A stretch of DNA of 47,336 bases from Candidatus Kapaibacterium sp. (GTDB taxonomy: Bacteria > Bacteroidota > Ignavibacteria > OLB7). The notes below the pieces were generated by a model. It saw only the letters and a list, made by a program, of their open reading frames with translations. It was not told the origin of the DNA and did not search any database. Location of the stretch: the NCBI GenBank assembly GCA_050248595.1, contig JBFWSB010000001.1:1-47336 (forward strand). The letters run 5' to 3'. The position numbers and the translations under genes are program-made. Below, in pieces: positions 1 to 9,003 of this stretch. Within the stretch, counting starts at the first letter, position 1. Each line of letters opens with the position of its first letter.

Positions 1-884
1 GCATTCTCGTTCTGCCGCATTACGACGATCCCCCCAACCACCTCTCCTCTCCCATCTTTCTCCAAGGAACCGCGCCGAATATCTCCACCCAGTTGAACGT
101 TGGCAACCATCCCTATCGTAATTGGCACTCCTCCCGACTTTGCGTTCACCAACGTTCCCTCAATATCTTCACGACTCTCAAAATATCCTTGCCCCCGCAC
201 GAAGAACTCGGCATCGTTATTCTCTATCAGCTTTCCCCCCACCTCATTGTTTGTTAGCCGAATGGCTCGAACCACATCGGAGAATGTGAGGCCATACGAG
301 CGGAGCAGCTCAGGGTTGACATCTACCTGATATTGCTTCACGAAGCCACCTATCGAGGCAACTTCGGCAACACCATCAATTGCTGAGAGCTTGTAGCGAA
401 TGAACCAATCTTGCAGAGAACGGAGTGTGGCCAGATCATATCCTTCCCCTTCAACGGTATACCAGTAGACATGCCCCACTCCTGTTCCGTCTGGTCCGAT
501 TGTCGGGATAACACCCGAAGGGAGGTCGGTTTGTGCAGTGGCAATCCGTTCGGCCACTTGCTGTCGGGCGAAGTAGAGGTCGACACCATCTTCAAAGATG
601 ACGAAGATAAAACTCATGCCGAACATTGTCTGCGCCCGCACCCCCTTCACATCTGGCAACCCTTGCAGCGCGGTTGTGAGAGGGTAGGTCACTTGATCCT
701 CTACGATCTGCGGTGAACGCCCCATCCACTCAGTGAAGACGATCACTTGATTATCGGAGAGATCGGGAATAGCGTCAACCGGTGTTGTGACCACAGCCCA
801 AACGCCAGCCCCGGCAAGGAGCAGGAAGAGTAGGCCGACGAGGAGCCGGTTGTGTGCAGACCAATCTATAATGCGTTCGATCAT
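1..884 (-). CDS. Heavy-metal efflux RND permease, CusA/CzcA family (N-terminal part only; the 3' end runs off the left edge)
   Basis: Reverse strand from ATG (882-884) reads MIERIIDWSAHNRLLVGLLFLLLAGAGVWAVVTTPVDAIPDLSDNQVIVFTEWMGRSPQIVEDQVTYPLTTALQGLPDVKGVRAQTMFGMSFIFVIFEDGVDLYFARQQV..., the canonical CusA/CzcA N-terminus. It is absent from the ORF track because there is no stop in the window. It lies downstream of adaptor and TolC-like genes on the same strand. Confidence 0.9.
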   Translation of the reverse strand, partial: MIERIIDWSAHNRLLVGLLFLLLAGAGVWAVVTTPVDAIPDLSDNQVIVFTEWMGRSPQIVEDQVTYPLTTALQGLPDVKGVRAQTMFGMSFIFVIFEDGVDLYFARQQVAERIATAQTDLPSGVIPTIGPDGTGVGHVYWYTVEGEGYDLATLRSLQDWFIRYKLSAIDGVAEVASIGGFVKQYQVDVNPELLRSYGLTFSDVVRAIRLTNNEVGGKLIENNDAEFFVRGQGYFESREDIEGTLVNAKSGGVPITIGMVANVQLGGDIRRGSLEKDGRGEVVGGIVVMRQNEN

Positions 885-940
885 TTGAGAGATAGTAGAT
901 AGCTGTTAGCAGATAGCAGTCTGTGGATAGTTACCTGCAC

Positions 941-1267
941 TCAGTTTTGTCCTTTTGATTGTTGCTTTGTGAGAGCCTTCATATATGCGTTGAGTTGGCG
1001 AAGAAGATTATCGAGCAGTTGTCATATCATTTGAATATCCTCTGTCGATAGTAATTGTCGTTGATAGGCTCTCCTGAGCCAGTGTTGCACTTCATACAAT
1101 GATCCACCTACTATCAAAACAAATCTTCTGTTCTATTTGTAGCTCCCTCGTCCGGCTCCTTCTGCAATGTTCGCGCCGACACTATCGGCTGAGGTGACAA
1201 GCTGTTTGCCGACTGTCTGGCGAGTAAAGGATGACCAACTGATTACGATATTCCATACACGATCCGA
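941..1267 (-). pseudogene. Remnant of a four-helix-bundle protein gene (23S rRNA intervening-sequence protein family), 5'-truncated with two in-frame stops
   Basis: A single minus-strand frame reads ...FTRQTVGKQLVTSADSVGANIAEGAGRGSYK*NRRFVLIVGGSLYEVQHWLRRAYQRQLLSTEDIQMI*QLLDNLLRQLNAYMKALTKQQSKGQN*. ANIAEGxGR followed by GSxxE and a leucine-rich C-terminal helix is the family hallmark. It has no N-terminal part of about 30 aa and contains an internal TAG and TGA. Confidence 0.55.
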
Positions 1268-2584
1268 TCAATGCTGATGCTCTCCACCCGATGACCCACC
1301 ACTCAACTCTCGTTCTGAGTCGAGCAAGTATCCCCCCTCGGCGACCACCTTATCGCCACGGTTAATGTTCCCGGCAACGATCTGATAGTATCCGTTGGAC
1401 TTCATCCCGAGCGTGACTTCACGAGCTTCAAAGGTGTGTTCTCCCGATTCAACGTAAACGAGGTCACGCTCGCCAGTTCGAATTACCGCACCAACTGGGA
1501 CGGCCAAAGCATCGGTGGCAGAGTGGGTAAGTGAAGCGGTCAGGTAAGTTCCCGGTTTCAGTTGCAGGTTCGGATTTGCAAAGACCCCCCGCACCTGAAT
1601 AGTGCGCGACTCAGGGTCTACCATCGGGTAGATATACTCAACACGACCATTCATCACCTTCCCGTTTAGTGAGAGTCCGGTGACCGACATGATCATCCCG
1701 GGTCGGATAAGGTTTGCCTGACTTTCGGAGACGTTGGCAATCACCCAGACAGCAGAGAGATCGACAACTTCGATGAGTGTCGTCCCCTCGTTTACGTAGG
1801 CTCCCTCCACTACGCTCCGGCGGGTGACGATGCCGGAAGCTGTAGAGAAGATCGTGGTAGTTCGAGCAATCTCTCCTCTCTCACGCAACCCCTGAATCTG
1901 TCCGTCGGTCATGCCGAGAAGTTTCAGCCGCTCTTCCGAGGCCACCACCAACCTATTCTCCCCCTCATTCGGGGCAGAGCGTTCTCCTCTCCGCTCGATA
2001 GTTGGAAGGAGTTGCCGATCCCGCGCGTCGAGAGCCAACAGGTATTCCTTCTGTGCGGTGACAAGTTCAGGACTGTAGATCAACGCAAGCGGACTCCCCT
2101 TCCGAACGTAGTCTCCGGTCTTCTGAACGTAGAGTTTCTCGATCCTTCCGGGGAACCAGGCGGTCACCACCTTTTGCGTTTCCTCGTTTACCCCCACCGT
2201 AGCTGGCGCGGTTATATCTGACTGAAGCTGGCGATAGTCAACTTCCACTGTGGCGACATCGGCAATCAGACGTTGTCGAGGAGTGATGTGGACAAGATTC
2301 TCCCCCCCTTCCATCTGTTCACTCATCCCATCAGGGTTGTTCTCCGGCACGAGGTCCATGTGGCAGATAGGGCAGACACCTGGCTCGTTCTGCCGTACCT
2401 GCGGGTGCATTGGGCAGAAGTAGATCGTCTCATCTGCGTGGTTGTGCCCTGCCATCCCAACAAAGCTCGGCAACAGAAAATATCCGGCAGCAACCCCACC
2501 TACGGCGATCAGCAGCCCCACCACCACAATCAAGGCAACACGTCCGCTCCACCCACTCTTACTTTTGAATGTTGAATTGTTCAT
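1268..2584 (-). CDS. Efflux RND periplasmic adaptor (membrane fusion protein) with an N-terminal heavy-metal-binding domain
   Basis: 438 aa with one N-terminal TM. It carries YFCPMHPQVRQNEPGVCPICHMDL (a paired CxxC/CPxC metal-binding module typical of Cus/Czc adaptors), then a lipoyl/beta-barrel MFP-like body. There is a 4-nt ATGA overlap with the upstream TolC-like gene. Confidence 0.88.
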   Translation of the reverse strand: MNNSTFKSKSGWSGRVALIVVVGLLIAVGGVAAGYFLLPSFVGMAGHNHADETIYFCPMHPQVRQNEPGVCPICHMDLVPENNPDGMSEQMEGGENLVHITPRQRLIADVATVEVDYRQLQSDITAPATVGVNEETQKVVTAWFPGRIEKLYVQKTGDYVRKGSPLALIYSPELVTAQKEYLLALDARDRQLLPTIERRGERSAPNEGENRLVVASEERLKLLGMTDGQIQGLRERGEIARTTTIFSTASGIVTRRSVVEGAYVNEGTTLIEVVDLSAVWVIANVSESQANLIRPGMIMSVTGLSLNGKVMNGRVEYIYPMVDPESRTIQVRGVFANPNLQLKPGTYLTASLTHSATDALAVPVGAVIRTGERDLVYVESGEHTFEAREVTLGMKSNGYYQIVAGNINRGDKVVAEGGYLLDSERELSGGSSGGEHQH

Positions 2585-3882
2585 TTTGAATTTCCCGTAA
2601 GTGCTCGGATTTCTCCCCAGGCTCGTGCCATCTCTCCTTCTCGCATTAGAATCTCCTCCCTGCTCATCACAAGCATTTTGTAGACTTCCAGTAACCGGTC
2701 GAAGCCGACGCGGTTGCCGATATAGTCGGCACGCAACGCTTCAAGCTGCTGTTCAAGAAGTGGTATCTGTCGATCTTGATAGAAGTCGACCATCGTTTGT
2801 CCCCGCTCGATCATTCCGTACGGCTTACTCAGCATCGCGGTCATCTCTCGCAGCATTCTCTCCCGTTCGGCGAGCGACTCTTCTGCTGCCAACTCTGCAT
2901 CTTCTGCCTTCCCTTCTGGACCTGAACGAGACCAGGAGGAGAGAGGAAAGGAGAGCATCCCACCAACTGAGATGGCGATCTGTTCACCATGTGTTGCGCC
3001 GGAACTGTGGAACTCGTTCACCATTTCACCTAACGCCCGAGTTCTCACCGGGTGTCCTTCCGGCATCCAAGAGATTCCTCCGCGCACCATGAGCATCGGC
3101 TTCAGATCGCTCCGGGCAGCATCGGCCATCTTCCGCTCCACCTGCGCCATTCGCTCCATCCGAAGCAGGTCGGGATGGCTTGCGAGGCTATCGGCAAGTT
3201 GGTTGAATGGTGGGAGTGGTGGGATATCTGGCTCATCGACGATCACGACCGAGTCGTCAAGACTTCTTCCGACAATAGCGTTCAATCTTCGGCTACTCTC
3301 CTTCCGCTTCTGCGCGAGGATCTTCATCTCCGCATCAAGCCCTTCAATCTCAATTGATAGCCCATATAGGTCTGTTTGCGCCCCCCGGCTGAGGGTATAC
3401 TTGATCTCCACATCTTCGTAGAGGAGTTCGGCAAGGGAGCGATTCTCTCTGTTCAATTCTCGCTTCTTGTCGATCTCCCACATGGTGTAGTATTCTTCTT
3501 CGATCTCCCTCCGCAATCTTCGCTCCAACGCCATCCGCTCCGGTTCGGCAAGAATGGCCATGCTCCGTTCTGCTTCAGCCATTGTCCGCTTCTGTCCACC
3601 GAGAGGAATCATCTGCTCTACCATAAACATCGTCTCCCCCTTCGTCACTGGGTTCGGGTTGAGTGGGGAGAGCATCTGGAATTGCACTCCGGCTTTGGGT
3701 GCATCCCACGCACCGGCTGAGCGGGCACGTGCTTCGGCTCGCTCCTCAGCAAACTCGATCTGCCGGAAACCGGGATCGGTTCTCATCGCCATCGATAGGA
3801 GAGAATCGATCGACTGCGCGGCAACATGCCACGGTATCGTGTAGAGAAGCAGAACAGATGCGAGGAGAATTCTTCGCCTCAT
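2581..3882 (-). CDS. TolC-family outer-membrane efflux protein
   Basis: 433 aa with signal peptide MRRRILLASVLLLYTIPWHVAAQ. It has long Glu/Arg/Leu-rich coiled-coil repeats in two halves, as in outer membrane factor proteins. It is the first gene of the three-gene RND operon. Confidence 0.82.
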   Translation of the reverse strand: MRRRILLASVLLLYTIPWHVAAQSIDSLLSMAMRTDPGFRQIEFAEERAEARARSAGAWDAPKAGVQFQMLSPLNPNPVTKGETMFMVEQMIPLGGQKRTMAEAERSMAILAEPERMALERRLRREIEEEYYTMWEIDKKRELNRENRSLAELLYEDVEIKYTLSRGAQTDLYGLSIEIEGLDAEMKILAQKRKESSRRLNAIVGRSLDDSVVIVDEPDIPPLPPFNQLADSLASHPDLLRMERMAQVERKMADAARSDLKPMLMVRGGISWMPEGHPVRTRALGEMVNEFHSSGATHGEQIAISVGGMLSFPLSSWSRSGPEGKAEDAELAAEESLAERERMLREMTAMLSKPYGMIERGQTMVDFYQDRQIPLLEQQLEALRADYIGNRVGFDRLLEVYKMLVMSREEILMREGEMARAWGEIRALTGNSK

Positions 3883-4144
3883 TTCTTTAAGAGATTAATT
3901 CAGTGCAAAAGAGTTGTGAACAGTAGCTATCACGTTGGTCAGATCATTTACTCTATCAACCTTATCACTTCTCCAGTGGAGTTGATTGCTCTACCTGAGA
4001 AGAAAATCCGAGAGCATTCGCTACAGCGAGCAGAACCTCTGGAGAGGTATAGAAAAGATTGTGGTAGAAAGTAAGATCGGCTCAGCAGAGTAGAGAGCAG
4101 GAGCTATCCACCTTGCCAAGTGTGCTGGTCAGCAAGAGAGGTTT

Positions 4145-4537
4145 TCAGATCAGAAATGAGGAGTTAACGAGGTAGATCGGTTCTCTTCGTTTTTCGAGAG
4201 GAGGGGGGTGTGCTTGTGCCGAGATGGCGTTCGTTCTGTTGAGAAGTGGTTCGCTCAAGAAGAGGGTCCATATTAGAAGTGGACCGAGAGTTGGCGGAGC
4301 AATCTCCACCTTTGCCTTACTGAGCGAGGCTTGGTCGGTATGCTGCAGTTCGATTCTGTTGTGGCAGCATCCGTTCCCTTCCTTCTCCTCCACTTCGTGC
4401 GATGGATCGCACATGCCGCAACTCTTGGCAACCTTCTCTTCCTTCGCCATGTTGCAGGCGTGGACATTCGTCGGCAGACCGATAGAACCGATCAGCAGAC
4501 CGAGAAGAGTGGTTAATATGATAAGCTTGCGCTGCAT
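4145..4537 (-). CDS. Small secreted Cys/His-rich protein, possible metal-binding accessory protein (resembles the HYC_CC_PP-type small proteins found next to Bacteroidota metal efflux operons)
   Basis: The start is placed at MQRKLIILTTLLGLLIGSIGLP (signal/TM) rather than the longer track ORF. Motifs VHAC, SCGMCD, GCCH and APP/PPP are present. It lies directly upstream of the RND operon on the same strand. Confidence 0.5.
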   Translation of the reverse strand: MQRKLIILTTLLGLLIGSIGLPTNVHACNMAKEEKVAKSCGMCDPSHEVEEKEGNGCCHNRIELQHTDQASLSKAKVEIAPPTLGPLLIWTLFLSEPLLNRTNAISAQAHPPPLEKRREPIYLVNSSFLI

Positions 4538-4591
4538 TGTTTGGATAAAAGTAGCCCCAATAACGCTATGGTGCAAGCCATATTGTGAATT

Positions 4592-5173
4592 TCACCACCG
4601 GGCGTACCCTAAGTTGAACTTCAATGGGAAATAGCTGCTCATCCCCTCCGGATATCCAAGTAGGCTATAGAAACCCAAGCCAACAGCCATCCCCCCTGTT
4701 AGACGAATCTGAATTTCTCCCCCCAACTTCACTCGTAACGTAGAATCGGAGATTTTGAGGTTTGTCGTAGCATTACTGATTCCTCCAAGAAGTGAGAAGC
4801 GAAGAGGATTTTTACTCCCCATCCTATAGATAGACCCATATCCGAGCATATCCAAGTGGTAGTACTGCTCTCCCTTCCTACAGGGTGGCGTGTGTCCAAT
4901 TCCAATAAGCTGAATGCAGGTGTTATCCTCTCCCGTATTCACCATCCCTGCACGCAATCCAATCCACGTGCTCGGGATTGGGTGAAACAGATCGATGTCA
5001 AGATTGACTTCTGCGTCGAAGCAGAGCACAAGTTTGGCTACGTCGAACTGAAATGCTCGAAACTGTGGTGAAAAAAATGAGCCTGCCGATGTCACGGCAG
5101 TGGAATCTTCAGTCTGAGCAAAAGATTGATTGGCAAGAAGAACCAACGATAGGAAGAGTATCGCAGAGCGCAT
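4592..5173 (-). CDS. Hypothetical outer-membrane beta-barrel-like protein
   Basis: Internal start MRSAILFLSLVLLANQSFAQ gives a clean signal peptide. The sequence has an alternating hydrophobic pattern, is Gly-rich and ends in ...LGYARW (aromatic C-terminus typical of OMPs). Confidence 0.5.
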   Translation of the reverse strand: MRSAILFLSLVLLANQSFAQTEDSTAVTSAGSFFSPQFRAFQFDVAKLVLCFDAEVNLDIDLFHPIPSTWIGLRAGMVNTGEDNTCIQLIGIGHTPPCRKGEQYYHLDMLGYGSIYRMGSKNPLRFSLLGGISNATTNLKISDSTLRVKLGGEIQIRLTGGMAVGLGFYSLLGYPEGMSSYFPLKFNLGYARW

Positions 5174-5271
5174 ATTGGGTAATCCTTGAAAAGGTGAATG
5201 GGTAATAACTATGCTAAGGGTGAAAACAACAGTCGATCTTCCCAATGTTTCGGCAAACTTGCCAAAGGGAA

Positions 5272-6909
5272 TTAGTGAATCACAACCTGAATAGAGCGGT
5301 TATAGCACTCCTCCTCAGGCGTTGAGGGGACGAAGAAGTTAAGAGGGGATAACGAGTGGATTGCTACGGTGGCAAGTGATCGCGAGTTTATCATTCCATA
5401 GACTTCACTCTCTCGCATCTTGTCCAAGTAGTCACGTACGTGTCGAGCGATTTGCATCCCACGCTTCATACTGAAAGGATCCTTCTCTACATCCCCGAAA
5501 ATGATAGGTTTGCTCTCCCTATCCTTAAGCAGAAGTTCGTCGATTGCCTCGCGTGGTTGATACTTCTCAGCAGCAATCATCAACTCGTCAGCATGAATTA
5601 TTATACTTCCAGTACCACACATGTATGGTTGAAGGCTAATATCCCAACTCGTCTCTTCAATGTCGCCAATCGTTGGGTTCACCATAATCTCTTCAATTAC
5701 TGAGCGAACCTCTTCACTCCCTCCACACGCAAAAGCTTGATCCATCAACCCAGGGCCTTCATCATCGTGAAGGGAACTCTCTCTCTGCCGGGGTACACCA
5801 ACGTACAGGTGCAGCCTTCCGCGCGAACTCATCCGCAACGATGCGTCGAGCATATCTGTAAGTTGAAGCTCCGTATCGCGCATATGGTAAATCGAGAGGG
5901 GCATGATATCCCACAAGGCATAGTAGTGGTGCGATGCTCTTTCAATTAATCGATTCTTATCAGCATTCAACTTTACTAAGAGAAGCTCCGACGTTCTCCG
6001 CTCTCCACTCAGACTGATGACATCAACCCGCACTTCAAACTGAGAGGGGAAAGCTGTACACGAGGATGGAGAAATATCCCAGACTCCTTGAAATGTATAG
6101 ATCGAATCATCTCTTTTCTTGAGAACACGATCGGTACTAACTAAACGATCGTCGAGCCAGGCATGAATTTCGAACGAGGCAATCTCTTCGGACTCCATGT
6201 TCGGTCGTAACTGAAGCTCTATCGGAATAGAGAAAGATGGGTTTAGGGTAACGGCGTAGATAAGTGGTGAAACGATTGTACCTTGCTCGAACTCCATCCA
6301 GACAGCCCTCCCTTCCCTGCGCATCTCTTCGGTGTCGGTTAGCTCTCCCAACAAGCGAGGTTCGCGGAGTGTAATCTGGTCTGCCGGAACATTCCATACT
6401 GTTGTGAGATAGGACCGAATACTCTTAGCCCGCTCCCACCCCGTCTGTTCCCCCTCTTCAAGGTCGGTGGTGTAGCACCCAGTTAAGTAGAGATGCTCAT
6501 CGGAATTTCTCATCCGGTAGCCGATCACGTTCAAGATTTCCCGGTAGACCTCAATCACGCTCTCATCTGGATTGAGGTGAATAATCTCGGAAGCTCTCGC
6601 CTGGCTGAGAGAACTATTCACAGAGGGTAGCCGATAGCGTAAAGGAATTGTAGTTGACCCTGGGCCGTCGAAGAAAACAACCGGAAAGAAGGGGAGCGTT
6701 CTATGGATTTCCAGTTGCCCAACGTTGAGCCGAAGTACTGATTGCCCAATACCCCCCGCCCCCGTTTGGTCAGCGAACGAACCAGTCAACTTTGGGGGGA
6801 AGAATAGAAGTCCATTCTCATCAACGCTCTGTTGCCCCACAACAGCAACAGTACTGCAAAGCAGAAAGGAGGAGACCAGAAGAAGTAAAGAATGAATATT
6901 CTGTGCCAT
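5272..6909 (-). CDS. Secreted hypothetical protein with an OmpA-C-like segment
   Basis: 545 aa with signal peptide MAQNIHSLLLLVSSFLLCSTVAVVGQQ. The segment VYREILNVIGYRMRNSDEHLYLTGCYTTDLEEGEQTGWERAKSIRSYLTTVWNVPADQITL resembles the OmpA/MotB peptidoglycan-associating fold pattern. No other motif was recognised. Confidence 0.55.
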   Translation of the reverse strand: MAQNIHSLLLLVSSFLLCSTVAVVGQQSVDENGLLFFPPKLTGSFADQTGAGGIGQSVLRLNVGQLEIHRTLPFFPVVFFDGPGSTTIPLRYRLPSVNSSLSQARASEIIHLNPDESVIEVYREILNVIGYRMRNSDEHLYLTGCYTTDLEEGEQTGWERAKSIRSYLTTVWNVPADQITLREPRLLGELTDTEEMRREGRAVWMEFEQGTIVSPLIYAVTLNPSFSIPIELQLRPNMESEEIASFEIHAWLDDRLVSTDRVLKKRDDSIYTFQGVWDISPSSCTAFPSQFEVRVDVISLSGERRTSELLLVKLNADKNRLIERASHHYYALWDIMPLSIYHMRDTELQLTDMLDASLRMSSRGRLHLYVGVPRQRESSLHDDEGPGLMDQAFACGGSEEVRSVIEEIMVNPTIGDIEETSWDISLQPYMCGTGSIIIHADELMIAAEKYQPREAIDELLLKDRESKPIIFGDVEKDPFSMKRGMQIARHVRDYLDKMRESEVYGMINSRSLATVAIHSLSPLNFFVPSTPEEECYNRSIQVVIH

Positions 6910-7005
6910 AGGACACCAAACGTTCTTGTGGTTGATGCGATACGACTTTTAAACAATTTACGAGATGGCAAGAGTAATAGTACTCAGGACAACGTTCTAT
7001 TCAAA

Positions 7006-7045
7006 GGGGAAAATGAGGGGTGCTCGTAAAAAACTCTTTTTCCCC
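7006..7045 (-). terminator. Possible stem-loop (GGGGAAAA ... TTTTCCCC) downstream of hpnC and the small ORF
   Basis: 8-bp perfect arms at 7006-7013 and 7038-7045 with a loop of about 24 nt. On the minus strand it is followed by TTTG. The large loop and short U-tract make it weak. Confidence 0.25.
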
Positions 7046-7140
7046 ACTTTCTGCCCCTTGCCACACAGCCACGAATACTCTTTTTGCAGCTGCGATACTC
7101 CACCTTCGAGTTCGGCAAGAATTAGCGACGGATAGACCTC

Positions 7141-7323
7141 TCAAGGAAATTGCCTCTCAATCTGCCATCTCTGCAATAGGTGGAGGGCGTAGCAACCGAA
7201 ACTGATGCTGCCAAGAATAGTTAGCTCGATTCCCCCAGCCATTCCATACAACGAGTAGACTAACCCCCCTGCTCTTTCTTCGATCTTATCAGAAGTAAGA
7301 AATTTCCGTCCTACAAGATTCAT
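7141..7323 (-). CDS. Hypothetical small protein (60 aa), possibly membrane-associated
   Basis: ATG-initiated ORF immediately downstream of hpnC on the same strand, with hydrophobic core GGLVYSLYGMAGGIELTILGSISFGCYALHLL. No recognisable family. Confidence 0.25.
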   Translation of the reverse strand: MNLVGRKFLTSDKIEERAGGLVYSLYGMAGGIELTILGSISFGCYALHLLQRWQIERQFP

Positions 7324-7377
7324 GTTTTGGGCGAATGTTACAGAGCGGCTGTGGAATGTATGAGAAAAGGAGTCCAG

Positions 7378-8328
7378 TTAGATGGAGCGAAGCAGAGAGC
7401 GCACTCCGATCTTGAGCAGATCCCCCTTCTGCACAACTGGTCGACTGTTGAGTAGGCGGTAGTTGAGACCTCTGATTTTCTCCACTACTCTCAATCCGCC
7501 GAGAATGGTGGCCTGAAGTTCAACCCGTAGACGAAAAGAAGAAATCGTCTTCGGTAGAGAATATCCACTGTACAAATGTTCATCAGCCAGATTGCTCAGG
7601 TAGACCATCATCGCGCGGAAAGCTTCGTTCTCTACTCTCCCCTCCAGTTCCTCTATCGAGTAGCCGAAGCGGCGCATCGTCTCACGAGGGATGTTGATTC
7701 GCTCGCGGGGCAGATCGACAGAAATATCTTGCCAAAAGTTGGCCAGTTGCAAACCAGTGCAGATATGGTCCGAGAGAGAAAGGTGCTCCGGTGTCGCTTC
7801 ACCAAATAAGTGGAGCACCAGACGCCCAACTGGGTTTGCGGAGAATTGACAGTAGCGGAGAAGGTCTTCCTCCCGTTCGTAGCCAAGATTGCGAGCATCT
7901 TGCTGGAAGGCTGTCAAGAGATCGGAGAGGAGGGAGAGGGGAATTTCCGTATCGCGAAGGGTAGCCGAAAGAGCCGTAAAGATCGGCCCCTCGGCATTCC
8001 CCAACGCAGCTTCTTCAAGTCGTTGATTCCAGAGATCGAGAGCTGTCAATCGCTCCTCCACCGGCATCTCCCCTTCGTCAGCTAAATCGTCGGCGTAGCG
8101 GGCGAAGGCGTATATCGCTGCCACGTGCCGCCGCGCTCGCTTTGGCAAGAGACGGGAGGCAACAGGAAAATTCTCGTAGTGGTCGCGAGCAGTCTTCTCG
8201 CAATAGGCGTAGGCTGCCTCTTCGGTCCACTCCTCCCTACGGTCAATCAACTCACTATCCACGTTTTTTAATTTCTCAAGAATGTCCGCGAACAAATCCG
8301 TCGAGCGACGGCATGAACGCGACGCCAA
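7378..8328 (-). CDS. hpnC: Squalene/phytoene synthase family protein, HpnC-like (presqualene diphosphate synthase type)
   Basis: DHYENFPVASRLLP and AIYAFARYADDLADEG (Asp-rich motif) are HpnC/SQS-PSY hallmarks. The longest ORF starts at TTG 8328 and overlaps the upstream gene by 53 nt. GTG at 8262 (VDSELIDRRE...) is a plausible alternative start. Confidence 0.85.
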   Translation of the reverse strand: MASRSCRRSTDLFADILEKLKNVDSELIDRREEWTEEAAYAYCEKTARDHYENFPVASRLLPKRARRHVAAIYAFARYADDLADEGEMPVEERLTALDLWNQRLEEAALGNAEGPIFTALSATLRDTEIPLSLLSDLLTAFQQDARNLGYEREEDLLRYCQFSANPVGRLVLHLFGEATPEHLSLSDHICTGLQLANFWQDISVDLPRERINIPRETMRRFGYSIEELEGRVENEAFRAMMVYLSNLADEHLYSGYSLPKTISSFRLRVELQATILGGLRVVEKIRGLNYRLLNSRPVVQKGDLLKIGVRSLLRSI

Positions 8329-8650
8329 GTTTGCTTAGTGCCTTCGTTGCTATCTCATCTGGATTGCCGTATACGTTGAAGCGCTTGATTTCCAACGCAT
8401 CCATGAACCGACCGGCAAAGTTCTCACCAAAGTTCTTCAAGTGCGTTAGGGTTGCCTCAGAATCTGCGTAGCGTTCGTGAATGTGGCAGCGTGTGCCATC
8501 TTCGCTCAGCGAGAATTCGTAGTGAAGTGCTCCCGGCTCACTCTCCTTAGTCGTCTGCACCATCTCCGATACTAAACTCTTCAACTCATCCAGCTTTCCT
8601 TCCTTCACTCCCGCTTCAAGTACCCAGTAGACGTGGTTATCTGCACTCAT
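8276..8650 (-). CDS. Antibiotic-biosynthesis-monooxygenase (ABM)-like small protein
   Basis: Start placed at MSADNHVYWVLEAGVKEGKLDELKSLVSEMVQTTKESEPGALHYEF..., a ferredoxin-like ABM pattern (short beta-alpha-beta with HYEF/ERY). Confidence 0.65.
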   Translation of the reverse strand: MSADNHVYWVLEAGVKEGKLDELKSLVSEMVQTTKESEPGALHYEFSLSEDGTRCHIHERYADSEATLTHLKNFGENFAGRFMDALEIKRFNVYGNPDEIATKALSKLGVAFMPSLDGFVRGHS

Positions 8651-9003
8651 AGAATAGATCTCCTCTGTTGCCTTATAAATAACTTTTAGATGAGTGTTCC
8701 CTCGAACACCCACCTATCCCCCTTGTCGATTAGGAAGAAAAGTAAAGGTACAGGTAAGTGATTGATTCAACAAACAGCGGGAAGACTGTCACCCCCACTA
8801 CTTCTTCTCCCGAACTGCTGCATGGCAAGCCTTTTCTCCCCAATTCACCAGTTCTTTGTCATCTTCGAGGATACAAGAGAAGGTTGGACCTGTAATAGCT
8901 GGAAAAAGCTGATTGCACTAAATTCAATAGAGGAAGTTGTATATCTACTCATCCTCCATTCTCGCTCAGAGTAAAGTGCCACGCATTCCCCCTTTTGAAT
9001 TGT

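Noticed and set aside
100-716. Plus-strand ORFs 100-330 and 411-716, and minus ORF 350-595
   Set aside because: They lie within or antisense to the clearly recognisable CusA/CzcA reading frame (minus strand, 1-884) and are shadow ORFs.
941-1267. In-frame TAG and TGA in the four-helix-bundle remnant could be stop-codon recoding or an alternative genetic code
   Set aside because: Neighbouring well-supported genes terminate with TGA (adaptor, TolC-like) and TAG (lepB paralog 1). The remnant also lacks its N-terminus, so decay is the simpler explanation.
2601-3890. Several plus-strand ORFs of 75-160 aa antisense to the TolC-like gene. Similar antisense sets lie inside the kinase (29641-31701), the DUF2723 gene (17664-20150) and lepA (24917-26476).
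   Set aside because: These are Arg/Ser/Pro-rich translations typical of antisense frames of real genes. Each is fully contained in a well-supported CDS.
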